This document shows positions 47,698 through 57,921 of a DNA stretch of 64,000 nucleotides, in pieces. The DNA is from Vicinamibacterales bacterium. GTDB taxonomy: Bacteria > Acidobacteriota > Vicinamibacteria > Vicinamibacterales > CAZQMT01. A model generated the notes under the pieces. The model made no database searches and had not been told where the DNA came from. It saw nothing but the letters and a program-made list of their open reading frames with translations. A program made the position numbers and the translations under genes. Location of the stretch: NCBI GenBank assembly GCA_965197935.1, contig CBDAOD010000002.1, positions 1,809,185 through 1,873,184 of the forward strand, in the 5' to 3' direction. The stretch's first letter is position 1; each line of letters begins with the position of its first letter.

Positions 47698-48750
47698 ATG
47701 ACTCGCCGACATCGTACAGCCGTCGCCTCGGTCGCCCCGCTCCTCGGCGCCATCATGGCCCTTACGCCGACGCTGATGCCGCGCCTCACGGCCCGCCCCG
47801 TCGTTCCGACGCAGCCGGGCTCGACCCTGCGGTGGTACAAGGGCAACACGCACACCCACACGCTCAACAGCGACGGCGACAGCGCGCCCGACGAGGTCGC
47901 GCGCTGGTATCGCGAGCAGGGGTACCAGTTCCTCGTCCTCAGCGACCACAACTTCCTGACGCCGGTCGATGGACTCAACACGACCCTGGGCGCCGACGAG
48001 CAGTTCCTCGTGATCAGGGGCGAGGAGGTCAGCACCAGACACGATGACCGGAGCCTCCACGTCAACGGCCTGAACATCGAACGGCAGGTCGCGGCCCCCA
48101 TGCCCCCGGACGGCAGCAGCGTGACCGACGTGCTCCAGGACAGCGTCGATGCCATACGCGATGCCGCGGGCGTTCCGCACATCAACCGTCCCAACTTCCG
48201 CTGGTCGCTCACGACGGACGATCTCCAGCGCGTGCAGCGTTATCGGTTGTTCGAGATCTACAACGGGCACCCCCGGGTCAACAATCTCGGCGGAGGCGAT
48301 GTCCCGGGGCTCGAGGAGATCTGGGACCGGCTGCTCGCGAGCGGCAAGCTCGTCTACGGGATCGCGGTGGATGACGCGCACGTGTTCAAGCGACCGTGGG
48401 ATCCCACGGCGTCGCGGCCCGGCTTCGGCTGGGTGATGGTCCGGGCGGAGCGGCTCACCCCGTCCTCCATCATGGAGGCGCTGGAGCGCGGCGACTTCTA
48501 TGCGTCGACGGGTGTGGAGCTGTCGAGCTACACCGCCGATGACGACACGATTACGATCGCCGTCCAGGAGGAGGGGGACAGCCGGTTCCGCGTTCGGTTC
48601 ATCGGTGATGGCGGCCGCTCGCTGCAGGAGACGACCGAAAACCCGGCGATCTATCGCATCCGCGGCGACGAGACCTACGTCCGGGCCAAGGTGATGGAGT
48701 CGAACGGCGCGGTCGCCTGGACCCAGCCGGTGATGGTGAGCCCGCGCTGA
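47698..48750 (+). CDS. PHP-domain / CehA-McbA-family metallohydrolase, exported
   Basis: KGNTHTHTLNSDGD His cluster, SDHN and VDDAH. N-terminal signal. Start set at ATG 47698. Confidence 0.7.
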   Translation: MTRRHRTAVASVAPLLGAIMALTPTLMPRLTARPVVPTQPGSTLRWYKGNTHTHTLNSDGDSAPDEVARWYREQGYQFLVLSDHNFLTPVDGLNTTLGADEQFLVIRGEEVSTRHDDRSLHVNGLNIERQVAAPMPPDGSSVTDVLQDSVDAIRDAAGVPHINRPNFRWSLTTDDLQRVQRYRLFEIYNGHPRVNNLGGGDVPGLEEIWDRLLASGKLVYGIAVDDAHVFKRPWDPTASRPGFGWVMVRAERLTPSSIMEALERGDFYASTGVELSSYTADDDTITIAVQEEGDSRFRVRFIGDGGRSLQETTENPAIYRIRGDETYVRAKVMESNGAVAWTQPVMVSPR

Positions 48751-48753
48751 CGG

Positions 48754-49987
48754 TCAGGCCACCAGCTTCGCTCCATCCTTCCCCGCATGGCCCAACGCGA
48801 GGACCATCTGCAGGTAGTCCCGCGTGTGGCGGGTGATGAGGAAGTGCTGTTTGACGTGCTGATGGCCGTTCTCGCCCAGCCGCGCGCCGAGCCTGGGATC
48901 CTCGAGCAGGCGGATCGCGCGTTCGGCCGCCTCCGCGGGTGAGGCCACCAGGAACCCGGTGACGCCGTCGATCACCTGGAGCTTCCTTCCCACCGACCGC
49001 GCCGGCGATCACCGGCTTCCGCTTCCACAGCGCCTCCGAGACGGTGAGACCGAACCCTTCCTTGAGCGATTTCTGCATCACGATCGTGGAGCCCCTGACC
49101 AGGGCGTTGATCTCGAGGTCGCTCGACAGAGGCAGGACGAGCACGTGGATGTCGGGGTCTCCCGCCGCTGCCTCACGGACCTCGGCGAGCACCTCGGCCC
49201 CCTCCGGATCGTCCTGCGCGGTTCCGCCGGCCAGGACGAGCTGGCAGTCGTGCTCCTTCCGCACGAGGCGGTAGGCCTGGACGACCCCGACGGGATCCTT
49301 GAGCCGGTCGAACCGCGAGATCTGCGTGATGATCGGCCGACCGGGATCGATCTGATACCGCTCGAGCGTGGCGGCCACCTGCTCCGCCGGCAGCTCCCGG
49401 TTCTTGTCGCTCAGCGGATCGATGGACGGCGGCACCATGAACTGCGGGACGGGCAGCGGCTTCGCGAAGTCACGCACGGAGAACACCAGGGCATCGTACT
49501 GCTCAACGAAGGTCCCGAGGAACTCCCACACGCGGGGATCCGGTGTCGAGAGATCGATGTGACAGCGCCAGATCCACCGGCGTCCGAGCTCGCGCTTGCG
49601 CTGAATGAGTCCCGCGGGCTGCGGGTCGTGGACCAGCACGACGTCACCCGTGATCTCGACGTCCCGGAGGTTCCGGTCGGTGTTGGCGCGGTAGACGTCG
49701 AACATGTCATCCGTCGTCTCGCCCAGGCTGCCATGGAGCGCGTTGTGGAAGGCCTTGGTGGCGCGGAAGAAGGCCTCGTCGCCGTTGATGACGTCCCAGG
49801 TCGTCTCCACGCCGAGCGACTGGAGGAGCGGAACCATGCGAAGCAGAATCTCGGCAACGCCACCTCCGCTCGGAGTCGAGTTGAGGTTCTGGAGCCGAAG
49901 CGGCCGCACCCGGTCGGCGACCCGGTGGAGCTCATCCATGACCTCGGGCCCGACGACGTCCCGGTAGTCTTCCAGCTTCTCGCCCAT
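48754..49987 (-). pseudogene. GT4 glycosyltransferase, trehalose-synthase (TreT)-like, one frameshift
   Basis: NSTPSGGGVAEIL and EGFGLTVSEALWKRKPVIAGAVGG, then the frame changes at about 48990-48996 to (R)KLQVIDGVTGFLV... Confidence 0.7.
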
Positions 49988-50269
49988 GGGTTCTCCCGCG
50001 GTCCCACCCGGCACGTGTGTGCCATCGTGCCAGGCATGCCGGCCGACTCCCGACGATCGAAGATTTCCGCCCGGTGGGCCCAGTCGTTCATCGGCCCCCG
50101 GAGACATCCATGGCTGCATAATCGTCAGCTTTCTCCTGGAGATGAGAGATCCGAGCGTTCGGGCCGGTCTTCGTCGACCGGATGCACGCTCGCCGTGTCT
50201 TATCGGTATTCGCGAGGGTCCCGAGCAGGGGCGGGTGACGCCGAACGGCACGCTATACTGGAGGCGGGT

Positions 50270-51868
50270 ATGCCCTCACAACCCTGGCACCGGTGGTGGT
50301 CGGTCATCGGCGCGAGCTCCCTCCTGCTGCCCCCTCTCGGCCTCCTGCTCCTCTGGGCGCGCAAGGGCACGGGAGTCGGCGTGAAGCTCCTCGGCTCGAT
50401 CGCCATCCTCGCCGTCACGGCCGGCATCCTCCACATCGGTTTCGGCTTCCGGCTGCAGGTCGACGGCTCCGGCTGGCGCCCGCGGTTCGCGACCCGCGGC
50501 CGCGAGGCCCACGACTCGGCCCTCGAGCGGAATCGTGCCCGCCAGCGCGCGCGCGATCCGGAGCCCACGGCACGGCGCGCCGCCGCCCCGGTCGATGCCG
50601 GTCCCGCGACCGCGCCCCTGTCGGGAATGTCGAGAACGTCGAGAACGACCCCGGCCGAAACAGCCGCTCCCGAGCCCGTCGGCACGCCGCGGGACGACGT
50701 CCGAGCCTACTGGTCGGACTTCCGGGGACCGAAGCGCGACGGCCGGTATGAGGCGTCACCCATCCTCACCACGTGGCCCGAATACGGGCTACGGTTGCTC
50801 TGGCGTCAACCCGTCGGCGGCGGCTACGCCTCGTTCGTGGCCGCCGGCGGCCGGCTGTTCACGATCGAGCAGCGCCGGCAGCAGGAGGTGCTGGCCAGCT
50901 ACGACCTGGAAACGGGCCGGGAGCACTGGAGCGAGGGCTGGGACGCCGACTTCAGGGAGGCCATGGGCGGCGACGGACCTCGGGCGACGCCGACCTGGGA
51001 CGGGGGCCGCGTCTACGGCCTCGGCGCGACGGGCGCGCTGCGCTGCGTCGACGCGGAGACCGGCGAGCTGCTCTGGGAACGAAATATCCTGTCCGAGAAC
51101 GGTGCCAGGAACATCCCCTGGGCCATGTCGGCCTCGCCGCTGATCGTCGACGACAAGGTGATCGTGCTCCCGGGTGGCGCGGAGGGTCGCTCGATCGTGG
51201 CCTACGACAAGATGACCGGCGAGAGAATCTGGAGCGCCCTCGACGACAGGCAGGCCTATACCTCACCCATGCTCGTCACGCTCGCCGGCCGGCGCCAGAT
51301 CCTCGTCGTGAGCGCCCGCCGCGCCATGGGCGTCACAGTCGACGATGGCACGCTGCTCTGGGAATACCCCTGGACCACGAGCTACGATGCCAACATCGCC
51401 CAGCCGGTGCTGCTGGGCCAGGACCGGGTCTTCCTCTCGGCGGGCTATGGACACGGCGCGGCGGTCTTCGAGGTTCGCCGGACGGGTGAATCGTTCTCCA
51501 CCCGGGCTCGCTGGGAGAACATCCGCATGAAGAACAAGTTCACCAGCTCGATCCTGCACGAGGGCTACCTCTACGGACTGGACGAGGCGATCCTCGCGTG
51601 CGTGGACGCGGAGACCGGCGAGCTGATGTGGAAGGGTGGTCGGTACGGCCACGGTCAGGTCGTCTTCGGGAGCGGACACCTGATCGTCCTGACGGAGGGG
51701 GGTGACCTCGTCCTCGTGGAGGCGACCCCGGAGCGACACGCGGAGCGGGCGCGCTTTCCGGCGATCTCGGGCAAGAGCTGGAATCACCCGATCATCGCCG
51801 ACGGGCGGTTGGTCGTCCGCAACACGACCGAGATGGCGGCCTTCGACATCTCGGTGGACGGCCGGTAG
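50270..51868 (+). CDS. membrane-anchored PQQ-like (BamB-type) beta-propeller repeat protein
   Basis: N-terminal TM pair, an Ala/Pro/Arg linker, then repeated A.D..TGE.LW blades. The upstream 437 codons of the tracked ORF are the antisense shadow of the glycosyltransferase. Confidence 0.7.
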   Translation: MPSQPWHRWWSVIGASSLLLPPLGLLLLWARKGTGVGVKLLGSIAILAVTAGILHIGFGFRLQVDGSGWRPRFATRGREAHDSALERNRARQRARDPEPTARRAAAPVDAGPATAPLSGMSRTSRTTPAETAAPEPVGTPRDDVRAYWSDFRGPKRDGRYEASPILTTWPEYGLRLLWRQPVGGGYASFVAAGGRLFTIEQRRQQEVLASYDLETGREHWSEGWDADFREAMGGDGPRATPTWDGGRVYGLGATGALRCVDAETGELLWERNILSENGARNIPWAMSASPLIVDDKVIVLPGGAEGRSIVAYDKMTGERIWSALDDRQAYTSPMLVTLAGRRQILVVSARRAMGVTVDDGTLLWEYPWTTSYDANIAQPVLLGQDRVFLSAGYGHGAAVFEVRRTGESFSTRARWENIRMKNKFTSSILHEGYLYGLDEAILACVDAETGELMWKGGRYGHGQVVFGSGHLIVLTEGGDLVLVEATPERHAERARFPAISGKSWNHPIIADGRLVVRNTTEMAAFDISVDGR

Positions 51869-51876
51869 TATCCGTC

Positions 51877-52857
51877 GTGGGACCTCTCGATCACGGCGCG
51901 GTCGGTCGCCGCGGCGGGCGGCGTCGCCTCGCGATCCTCGTCGCGGCGCTCGGCTGGGGGCTGACGCTCGCCGCCTGGCAGCCCGGGCCGGATGTGCCCG
52001 CCCTCCAACCACCCGTGCTGGTGGTGGAGGCTCCCGTCGAGCTGGGGCCCGTCGTCGCCCGCGTCCGCGCCTTCGATCCCGAGCGGCTCCTCGGGGTGAT
52101 GCGTCTGGTCGGCCTCGACGCGCCGGGCGACCGCATCCGCGTGGTGCTGATCGCTCCGGACTCGGAGCTCGCGCACACGACGCCAGCCTGGATCTCCGGC
52201 TTCGCCTTCGGCGCCGACGGCACCGTTTTCCTGCTTCCAGACCGAACGCCCGGCTACCCCGACGACTCGCTCGAGGCGCTGCTCCATCACGAGGTGGCCC
52301 ACGTCCTCATCACCAGGGCCGCTGGAGGACGGCCCCTGCCGCGCTGGTTCAACGAGGGCCTCGCGCTGGTTGCCGAGCGTACCTGGGGACTCGAGGACCG
52401 CACCCGCGTCGCCTTCGAGCTGCTCGGCAGTGAGCGCATTCCCCTCGACGACCTCGACGCGCTCTTCCGGCAGGACCCGCGTAGCATCGCCCGAGCCTAC
52501 GCCCTGTCGGGCGCGTTCGTGCGCGACGTGTTGCGGCAGCACGGCCCGGACGGCGCGGCCCGGATCCTGTCGCTGGTGGCGGCCGGCGTACCGTTCCCGG
52601 ACGCCTTCGCCCGCGCCACGGGCCTCTCGCTCCGGCTGGCCGAGAGCGCGTTCTGGCGCCGGACGCTCTGGACTCACTGGGTTCCGATTCTGACCAGCTC
52701 GGTCGTGCTCTGGATCGGCATCACGTTCCTGGCCCTCGCCGCGATCAGGAAACGCCGTCGGCGCAGCGCCGAGCTGCGGCGCCGGTGGGAGGAGGAGGAA
52801 GCGGCGCAGGCCGCGCGTGTGGCGCAGGTCGACGATTCACCGGAGACGATCCACTGA
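51877..52857 (+). CDS. peptidase MA-like zinc metalloprotease with C-terminal TM anchor
   Basis: The HExxH motif is present as HHEVAHVL, with a downstream NEGLA (Glu third-ligand context). C-terminal hydrophobic helix followed by an RRRR/EEEE tail. Confidence 0.6.
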   Translation: MGPLDHGAVGRRGGRRRLAILVAALGWGLTLAAWQPGPDVPALQPPVLVVEAPVELGPVVARVRAFDPERLLGVMRLVGLDAPGDRIRVVLIAPDSELAHTTPAWISGFAFGADGTVFLLPDRTPGYPDDSLEALLHHEVAHVLITRAAGGRPLPRWFNEGLALVAERTWGLEDRTRVAFELLGSERIPLDDLDALFRQDPRSIARAYALSGAFVRDVLRQHGPDGAARILSLVAAGVPFPDAFARATGLSLRLAESAFWRRTLWTHWVPILTSSVVLWIGITFLALAAIRKRRRRSAELRRRWEEEEAAQAARVAQVDDSPETIH

Positions 52858-52896
52858 GGGCCCGTCGGCGGGTCCCGGGGCTGCTACACTGGGCGC

Positions 52897-53445
52897 ATGT
52901 CGATCTTCCGCTTCCTCGGGGGCGCGCTGGGTAGTCAGCGGACCGACGAGACCGAGACTCAGACGGAGACGGTCCGCAAGATCACCCAGGCGCTCGATCG
53001 TCTCGACCCCGACCGCGCCCGCTATCTCGCCACCTTCGCCTACATCCTGGGCCGCATCGCGCACGCCGACTCCCACGTGTCAGCAGAGGAGAGCCACGAG
53101 ATGGAGCGCATCCTCGTTCAGCAGGGGGAGCTGCCCGAGGAGCAGGCGATCATCGTGGTCCAGATGGCCAAGACGCAGAATGCCCTGTTCGGCGGCACCG
53201 AGAACTTCCTGGTCACGCGGGAGTTCGCCCGGCTCGCGACCCGGGAGCAGAAGATGGCCCTGCTCCACTGCCTGTTCGCGGTCTCGTCTTCGGACGACGC
53301 CATCGACACGGTCGAGGACAACGAGATTCGGCGGATCGTCCAGGAGGTTGGGCTGGAGCACGCGGACTTCATCGCGGTCCGCACGATCTTCCGCCGGCAC
53401 CTGTCCGTGCTGCGCCCGACCTCGGAGCCCACCCGGGTAGAGTGA
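52897..53445 (+). CDS. TerB-family (tellurite-resistance/DjlA N-domain-like) protein
   Basis: Two helical repeats with AHADSHVSAEE and SSSDDAIDTVEDNEI acidic metal-binding-like motifs. Confidence 0.65.
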   Translation: MSIFRFLGGALGSQRTDETETQTETVRKITQALDRLDPDRARYLATFAYILGRIAHADSHVSAEESHEMERILVQQGELPEEQAIIVVQMAKTQNALFGGTENFLVTREFARLATREQKMALLHCLFAVSSSDDAIDTVEDNEIRRIVQEVGLEHADFIAVRTIFRRHLSVLRPTSEPTRVE

Positions 53446-53475
53446 GGGTGGCACGAGCCCCGAGACCGGTATCCA

Positions 53476-54638
53476 TCAGCCGCCCAGGAGTCGCGCCACC
53501 GCCCAGTAGCCACCGACCGCCGCAATAATCGCCGAGGCGGGGATCACGATCCGGTCGCGATACCACGCCCGGCGGTGGAACCAGCCGACCGCCAGGAAGG
53601 CCAGGCCGATGACGGCGAGCTGGCCCAGCTCGACCCCGAGATTGAACGTCACCAGCGCGGTGACGAAGCGGCCGGCCGGGAGTCCCAGGTCACGCAAGAC
53701 TCCGGCGAACCCCAGTCCGTGGAGGAGACCGAAGCCGAAGACGACCAGCGCACGCCAGGGCTTGAGCTCCGACATCAGCATGTTCTCGACCGCCACGTAC
53801 GCGATCGACACGGCGATCAGCGGCTCCACGACCGTCGGCGGCAGCGACACCACACCGTACATCGACAGGGCGAGCGTCAGCGTGTGCGCCACGGTGAAGG
53901 CCGTGACCTGCCAGAGCAGCGGCGCCAGCCGGGCGCTCAGCAGATACAACCCGAGCACGAAGAGGATGTGGTCGAGCCCCTTCGGCAGAATGTGCTCGAA
54001 TCCCAGCGACAGGTACTCTCGCGCCACGGTCAGCCACGCGGAGGTGACGGGCGCCCGGTCGGAGGCGGTAGGGTCGGCTGTCCTCGACCGGACGCAGGAT
54101 TTCCTCGTATACCTCTCCGCCGTCGTCCTGTCGGATCCGCAGGACGACGAGGTTGAACACCGGTGATGGGGTGAACACGAACTCGCGGGCACCCAGTGGG
54201 ACCGATCCGCTCAACCGCACCAGATGACCGGGCAAGGCATCCCCATCGGCGTCGTCATCGCCGCGAGCGGCGACATCCATGTTGGGGAAGCCAACCTCCG
54301 GGGTTGCCTTCTCGCCGTCGAACCGGACGTCGGTCATGACGATGAAGAAGCGGCGCACCAGCTCGAGGCGGCGCTCGATCTCCTCGGGCGTGAAGCCACG
54401 CAGCGTCGCGTACTGCTGCTCGGTGAGGTCGCCGAGGGGCACCTCGGCCAGCATGGCGTCCACGTGGAACGTGATGTCCACCCGATAGCTGACATCACGC
54501 CCGTGGCGCGTGAAGACCGACGTCGACCTCGGTGATCTCGAAGGGGTGGGCCCCTACCGGCCCCGCGCAGAGCGCCAGGAGCGCCATCACGAGGAGTCCG
54601 GAAATCGGGCCGGCTCGGCCGTCGCCACGCGATATCAT
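53476..54638 (-). pseudogene. HupE/UreJ-family membrane protein with N-terminal periplasmic domain, two frameshifts
   Basis: The signal peptide ORF (MISRGD..GAHPFEITEVDV) continues in another frame (VFTRHGRDVSYRVDITFHVDAML...) at about 54520. It shifts again at about 54075 into the HupE core (LSLGFEHILPKGLDHILFVL...). Confidence 0.6.
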
Positions 54639-54769
54639 GGCCGGATGATCCGCAGATCCCGCATTGTCCCACACACGCGGATGACGGCCGTCGCGCCTCG
54701 CTCGAGACGTGCCCGTGCCACCCAGCCGCCGTCGATGCGCACCCGCACAGGCGAGGCACCTGGCGACCG

Positions 54770-54815
54770 ATGAAGCGGGTGCTGTTCGCCTGCGTACACA
54801 ACGCGGCCGGTCCGC
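54770..54815 (+). pseudogene. 15-codon 5' remnant of an arsC-like gene
   Basis: ATGAAGCGGGTGCTGTTCGCCTGCGTACACAACGCGG parallels the start of arsC at 57922 (MK.VLFACVHNAGRS). Similarity is then lost. Confidence 0.45.
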
Positions 54816-54877
54816 CAGCCCGGACTTCAGCACGGTTCTTCGCCGGCCTGCTAGTTGGCGTCTAGGAGAGAAGCTGA

Positions 54878-55870
54878 ATGAACTCGAACAAGTTGCTCCT
54901 GAAAGGTCTTCGTCATGTGTTCCCAGTTATTTCGCCGCTGTTGGCCGCTGGCCTGGTACCAACGTCGCTCCACGCGCAACCAACCGTGACGCCGGCGGTC
55001 ACCGGCTGGTCGCTCAACACCACGAGCGCCAAGGGCACGAGCTCGAATGCCGCCGTGAATGCCGTCTTGAGTCAGATCGACGCGGATATTCAGCAGATCC
55101 GACACAACGACACCGACGTCTACATCAACGCGACGGGCGTTCCTTCCTATTCAATCGGGCCCTGGGTCAACCCCGCTGTCGCGACGAACCGTAACTTCTT
55201 GATACGGGTTCCCAAGACCCCACAGGAGCAACTGGGCCCCAAGACCGCCACAGCCCTCGGCGCGATCGGCCAGTGGGTCAACGGCGTCCCGATCTACAAC
55301 GCTTGGGACGGACTATGCTTTGATGCCGCCTGCAACTGGCAACGTGACGCGACCGTGTGGGAGTTGGCCGGCCAGGACGCCGCCAACGGACATCCGGCTC
55401 CAGTGGCCGGGGGCACGCCGATTGGCGGCTTTGAGGAAGGTGAATACCATCATCACTTCAATCCGACCTCGCTGCGGACGCAGTTGGGGGACAATGGCAC
55501 GTCTCACTCACCGATCTTGGGCTTCGCCTACAACGGGTTCCCGGTCTACGGCCCCTTTGGGTTCGCCAACGCCGACGGGACGGGAGGAGTCGTGCGGATG
55601 GAGAGCAGCTACCGGCTCAAGACCGGGCCGCGGCCCACTGGGCCCAACGATCCAGGCGGGACGTACGACGGCTCGTATCTTCAGGACTGGGAATATGTCG
55701 CCGGGCTCGGCCACCTCAACGAGCACAACATGCGCTTCGCCGTCACCCCGGAATACCCCGGCGGAACCCAGGCCTACTATCTGACCCTCAATTCCGGTCT
55801 GACGACGATGTACCCTCACATCGTCGGCCCCAATTACTTCGGCGTGGTCGTTGCGGAAAACCTCAGCTAG
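54878..55870 (+). CDS. secreted YHYH-domain protein
   Basis: Signal peptide. GHPAP...EYHHHF, GFAYNGFPVYGP and HLNEHNMRF..TPEYPGGTQAYY motifs. Confidence 0.7.
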   Translation: MNSNKLLLKGLRHVFPVISPLLAAGLVPTSLHAQPTVTPAVTGWSLNTTSAKGTSSNAAVNAVLSQIDADIQQIRHNDTDVYINATGVPSYSIGPWVNPAVATNRNFLIRVPKTPQEQLGPKTATALGAIGQWVNGVPIYNAWDGLCFDAACNWQRDATVWELAGQDAANGHPAPVAGGTPIGGFEEGEYHHHFNPTSLRTQLGDNGTSHSPILGFAYNGFPVYGPFGFANADGTGGVVRMESSYRLKTGPRPTGPNDPGGTYDGSYLQDWEYVAGLGHLNEHNMRFAVTPEYPGGTQAYYLTLNSGLTTMYPHIVGPNYFGVVVAENLS

Positions 55871-57565
55871 ATGGTGACGGTTCCCAACAACGTGGTCACC
55901 TACCTTCCCCCTTCCAGCGTGAGCGTGACGATCGACGGCCTGGCCAACGTCACGCACACCTCCCCGTTCCTCGATGTGTCCGGCACGGCCAGCGCGAGCG
56001 CCCGGCCCGCCGCCGGCTTCCGCCTCGACGGGTCCGCTGCCACGGTCACGAGCGTGACGTGGGAGAACGACCGCGGCGGCACCGGCACAGCCGACGGGAC
56101 GACGACGTGGCGCGCGCCGCTCATTCCGCTGCAGCCCGGCGCGAACACGATCACGCTCAGGGCGACCGACGACACTGGAGCCACCACTGCGGCGACTGTG
56201 ACCGCGACGGTGACGCAGCTGCTCTACTACCTGGCCGAAGGCGCCACCGGCCCGTTCTTCGACTACGACCTCCTGCTCGGCAATCCGAACGGCGTGTCGG
56301 CGCCCGTGACGATCACCTTCCTCAAGGAGGACGGCAGTACTACCGTCGTGAACGAGACCCTGGCGGCGACCTCGCAGCGAACGATCCGCGTCAACGACAT
56401 CGCGGGTTTGGGCGCGGTTCCGGTCTCCACGGTGGTGGCCTCGACCGACGGGCTCGCGCTGACGGTCGAGCGCTCCATGCTCTGGGACGCCTCCCTGCCG
56501 GCGTCCAGGGATCCGGACGGCTCGGCGCTCACGCCCGGCACGACGCACTACGGCGGCCACACGGCCAAGGCCGTCGACAGCCCGGGCACAGCACGGTTCT
56601 TCGCCGAAGGCTCGCAGGGCTTCTTCGACACGTATCTGCTCCTCGCCAACTCCGGCCCGACCCCGGCGACGGCCACCGTCACCTACCTGCTCGAGGGCGC
56701 CGCCCCGGTCGTCCAGGTCGTCCCGGTGGGGGCGACCTCCCGCGTGACCCTCTTCGCCGGGAGCCTCCCGGCGCTGGTCGGCCGATCGTTCGGGATCCAG
56801 GTGACCTCGACGCAGCCGATCATCGCCGAGCGGGCGATGTACTTCACCAGCACGGGCCGCTTCTACGAAGGGGGCCACGAGTCGGCGGGCGTTCCCGAAG
56901 CCGCTACGAGCTGGTTCCTCGCCGAGGGGGCCACCGGGGCCTTCTACGACAACTTCATCCTCGTCAGCAACTCGAACGGGGTCCCGGCCAACCTGACGGT
57001 CACCTTCCTGCTCGACACCGGCGTGGCTATTCCGACGATCCATCAGGTGCCGGCCAACGCGCGGATCACGATCAACGTCGAGACCCAGGACGCGCAGCTG
57101 GCCACCGCGAACGTCTCGACGACGGTCACCTCCGACGTCCCAGTCGTCGTCGAGCGCGCGATGTACTGGTCGGGCGGGTCCACGACCTGGTACGAGGCCC
57201 ACAACGCCTTCGGCGTCACGGCCACCGGGACCAAGTGGGGGCTGGCCGAGGGACGGGTCGGGGCGCCGTTCAACCACCAGACGTTCATCCTGCTGGCCAA
57301 CCCCGGGGGAGTCGCCGCGACGGTGCGGATCACCTACCTGCGGACCAGCGGGACGACCGTCGTCAAGACCTACACCGTTGGGGGAACCAGCCGCCTCAAC
57401 GTCTGGGTCAACGCCGAGGTGCCCGAGCTGGCCAACGAGAGCTTCGGGGCGCTCATCGAGGTGACCAACGGCGTCGAGATCGCGGTGGAGCGGGCGCTCT
57501 ATTGGGACAATGGTGGCCAGGTCTTCGGGGTCGGGACCGACGCGACGGCGGTACGGCTCCCCTGA
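55871..57565 (+). CDS. secreted protein with N-terminal Ig-like module and four ~110-aa internal repeats
   Basis: Four units each start [YF]LAEG.(T/Q)G.F(F/Y)(D).....L(L/V).N and end (V/A)ERA(M/L)YW. The ATG immediately follows the YHYH gene stop. Confidence 0.6.
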   Translation: MVTVPNNVVTYLPPSSVSVTIDGLANVTHTSPFLDVSGTASASARPAAGFRLDGSAATVTSVTWENDRGGTGTADGTTTWRAPLIPLQPGANTITLRATDDTGATTAATVTATVTQLLYYLAEGATGPFFDYDLLLGNPNGVSAPVTITFLKEDGSTTVVNETLAATSQRTIRVNDIAGLGAVPVSTVVASTDGLALTVERSMLWDASLPASRDPDGSALTPGTTHYGGHTAKAVDSPGTARFFAEGSQGFFDTYLLLANSGPTPATATVTYLLEGAAPVVQVVPVGATSRVTLFAGSLPALVGRSFGIQVTSTQPIIAERAMYFTSTGRFYEGGHESAGVPEAATSWFLAEGATGAFYDNFILVSNSNGVPANLTVTFLLDTGVAIPTIHQVPANARITINVETQDAQLATANVSTTVTSDVPVVVERAMYWSGGSTTWYEAHNAFGVTATGTKWGLAEGRVGAPFNHQTFILLANPGGVAATVRITYLRTSGTTVVKTYTVGGTSRLNVWVNAEVPELANESFGALIEVTNGVEIAVERALYWDNGGQVFGVGTDATAVRLP

Positions 57566-57622
57566 GACCGGTGGTATCCACGGGAAGGATCCGAGGAGCG
57601 TGGAGAAACTATACGGGCGCCC

Positions 57623-57860
57623 GCGACGCTCGCGGCCCCGCTGGTGAACGAACTGCTCGAGGCTCGGGATGACAAGCGCCTACTGCGCTTCCAAAAACAG
57701 CTGGCCAAGCAGGACCTGTTGATCGTCGACGAGCTCGGCTACGTCCCGTTATCGAAGACCGGGTCCGTCGGCGGCTGGCGTTCGATCACACAGCTCGCAC
57801 GCTACACCCACCCGACCGCGGCCTCGAAGCTGGCCGCCGTCAACGCCGTCGGCGGGGCTG
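57623..57860 (+). pseudogene. fused fragments: IS21 IstB helper ATPase piece plus tyrosine-recombinase C-terminal piece
   Basis: LVNELLEARDDKRLLRFQKQLAKQDLLIVDELGYVPLSKTG (IstB Walker B region), followed in frame by GGWRSITQLARYTHP...KLAAVNAV (integrase R-Y-containing tail). Confidence 0.55.
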
Positions 57861-57921
57861 TACCGGCGCGATTCCAATCACGTGACAATCACGTGAGAAG
57901 CGAAACTCGTAGTATTTCCTA

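Noticed and set aside
48959-50269. N-terminal 437 codons of the tracked 969-aa plus-strand ORF
   Set aside because: This part is antisense to the TreT-like glycosyltransferase and has no similarity to anything. The real gene starts at ATG 50270 (RBS GGAGG, then TM helices and PQQ-like blades).
54709-55194. 161-aa ORF overlapping the arsC remnant and the start of the YHYH gene
   Set aside because: It is an Arg-rich shadow frame. Only the first ~15 codons of a different frame resemble ArsC, and the YHYH gene has a signal peptide and conserved motifs in its own frame.
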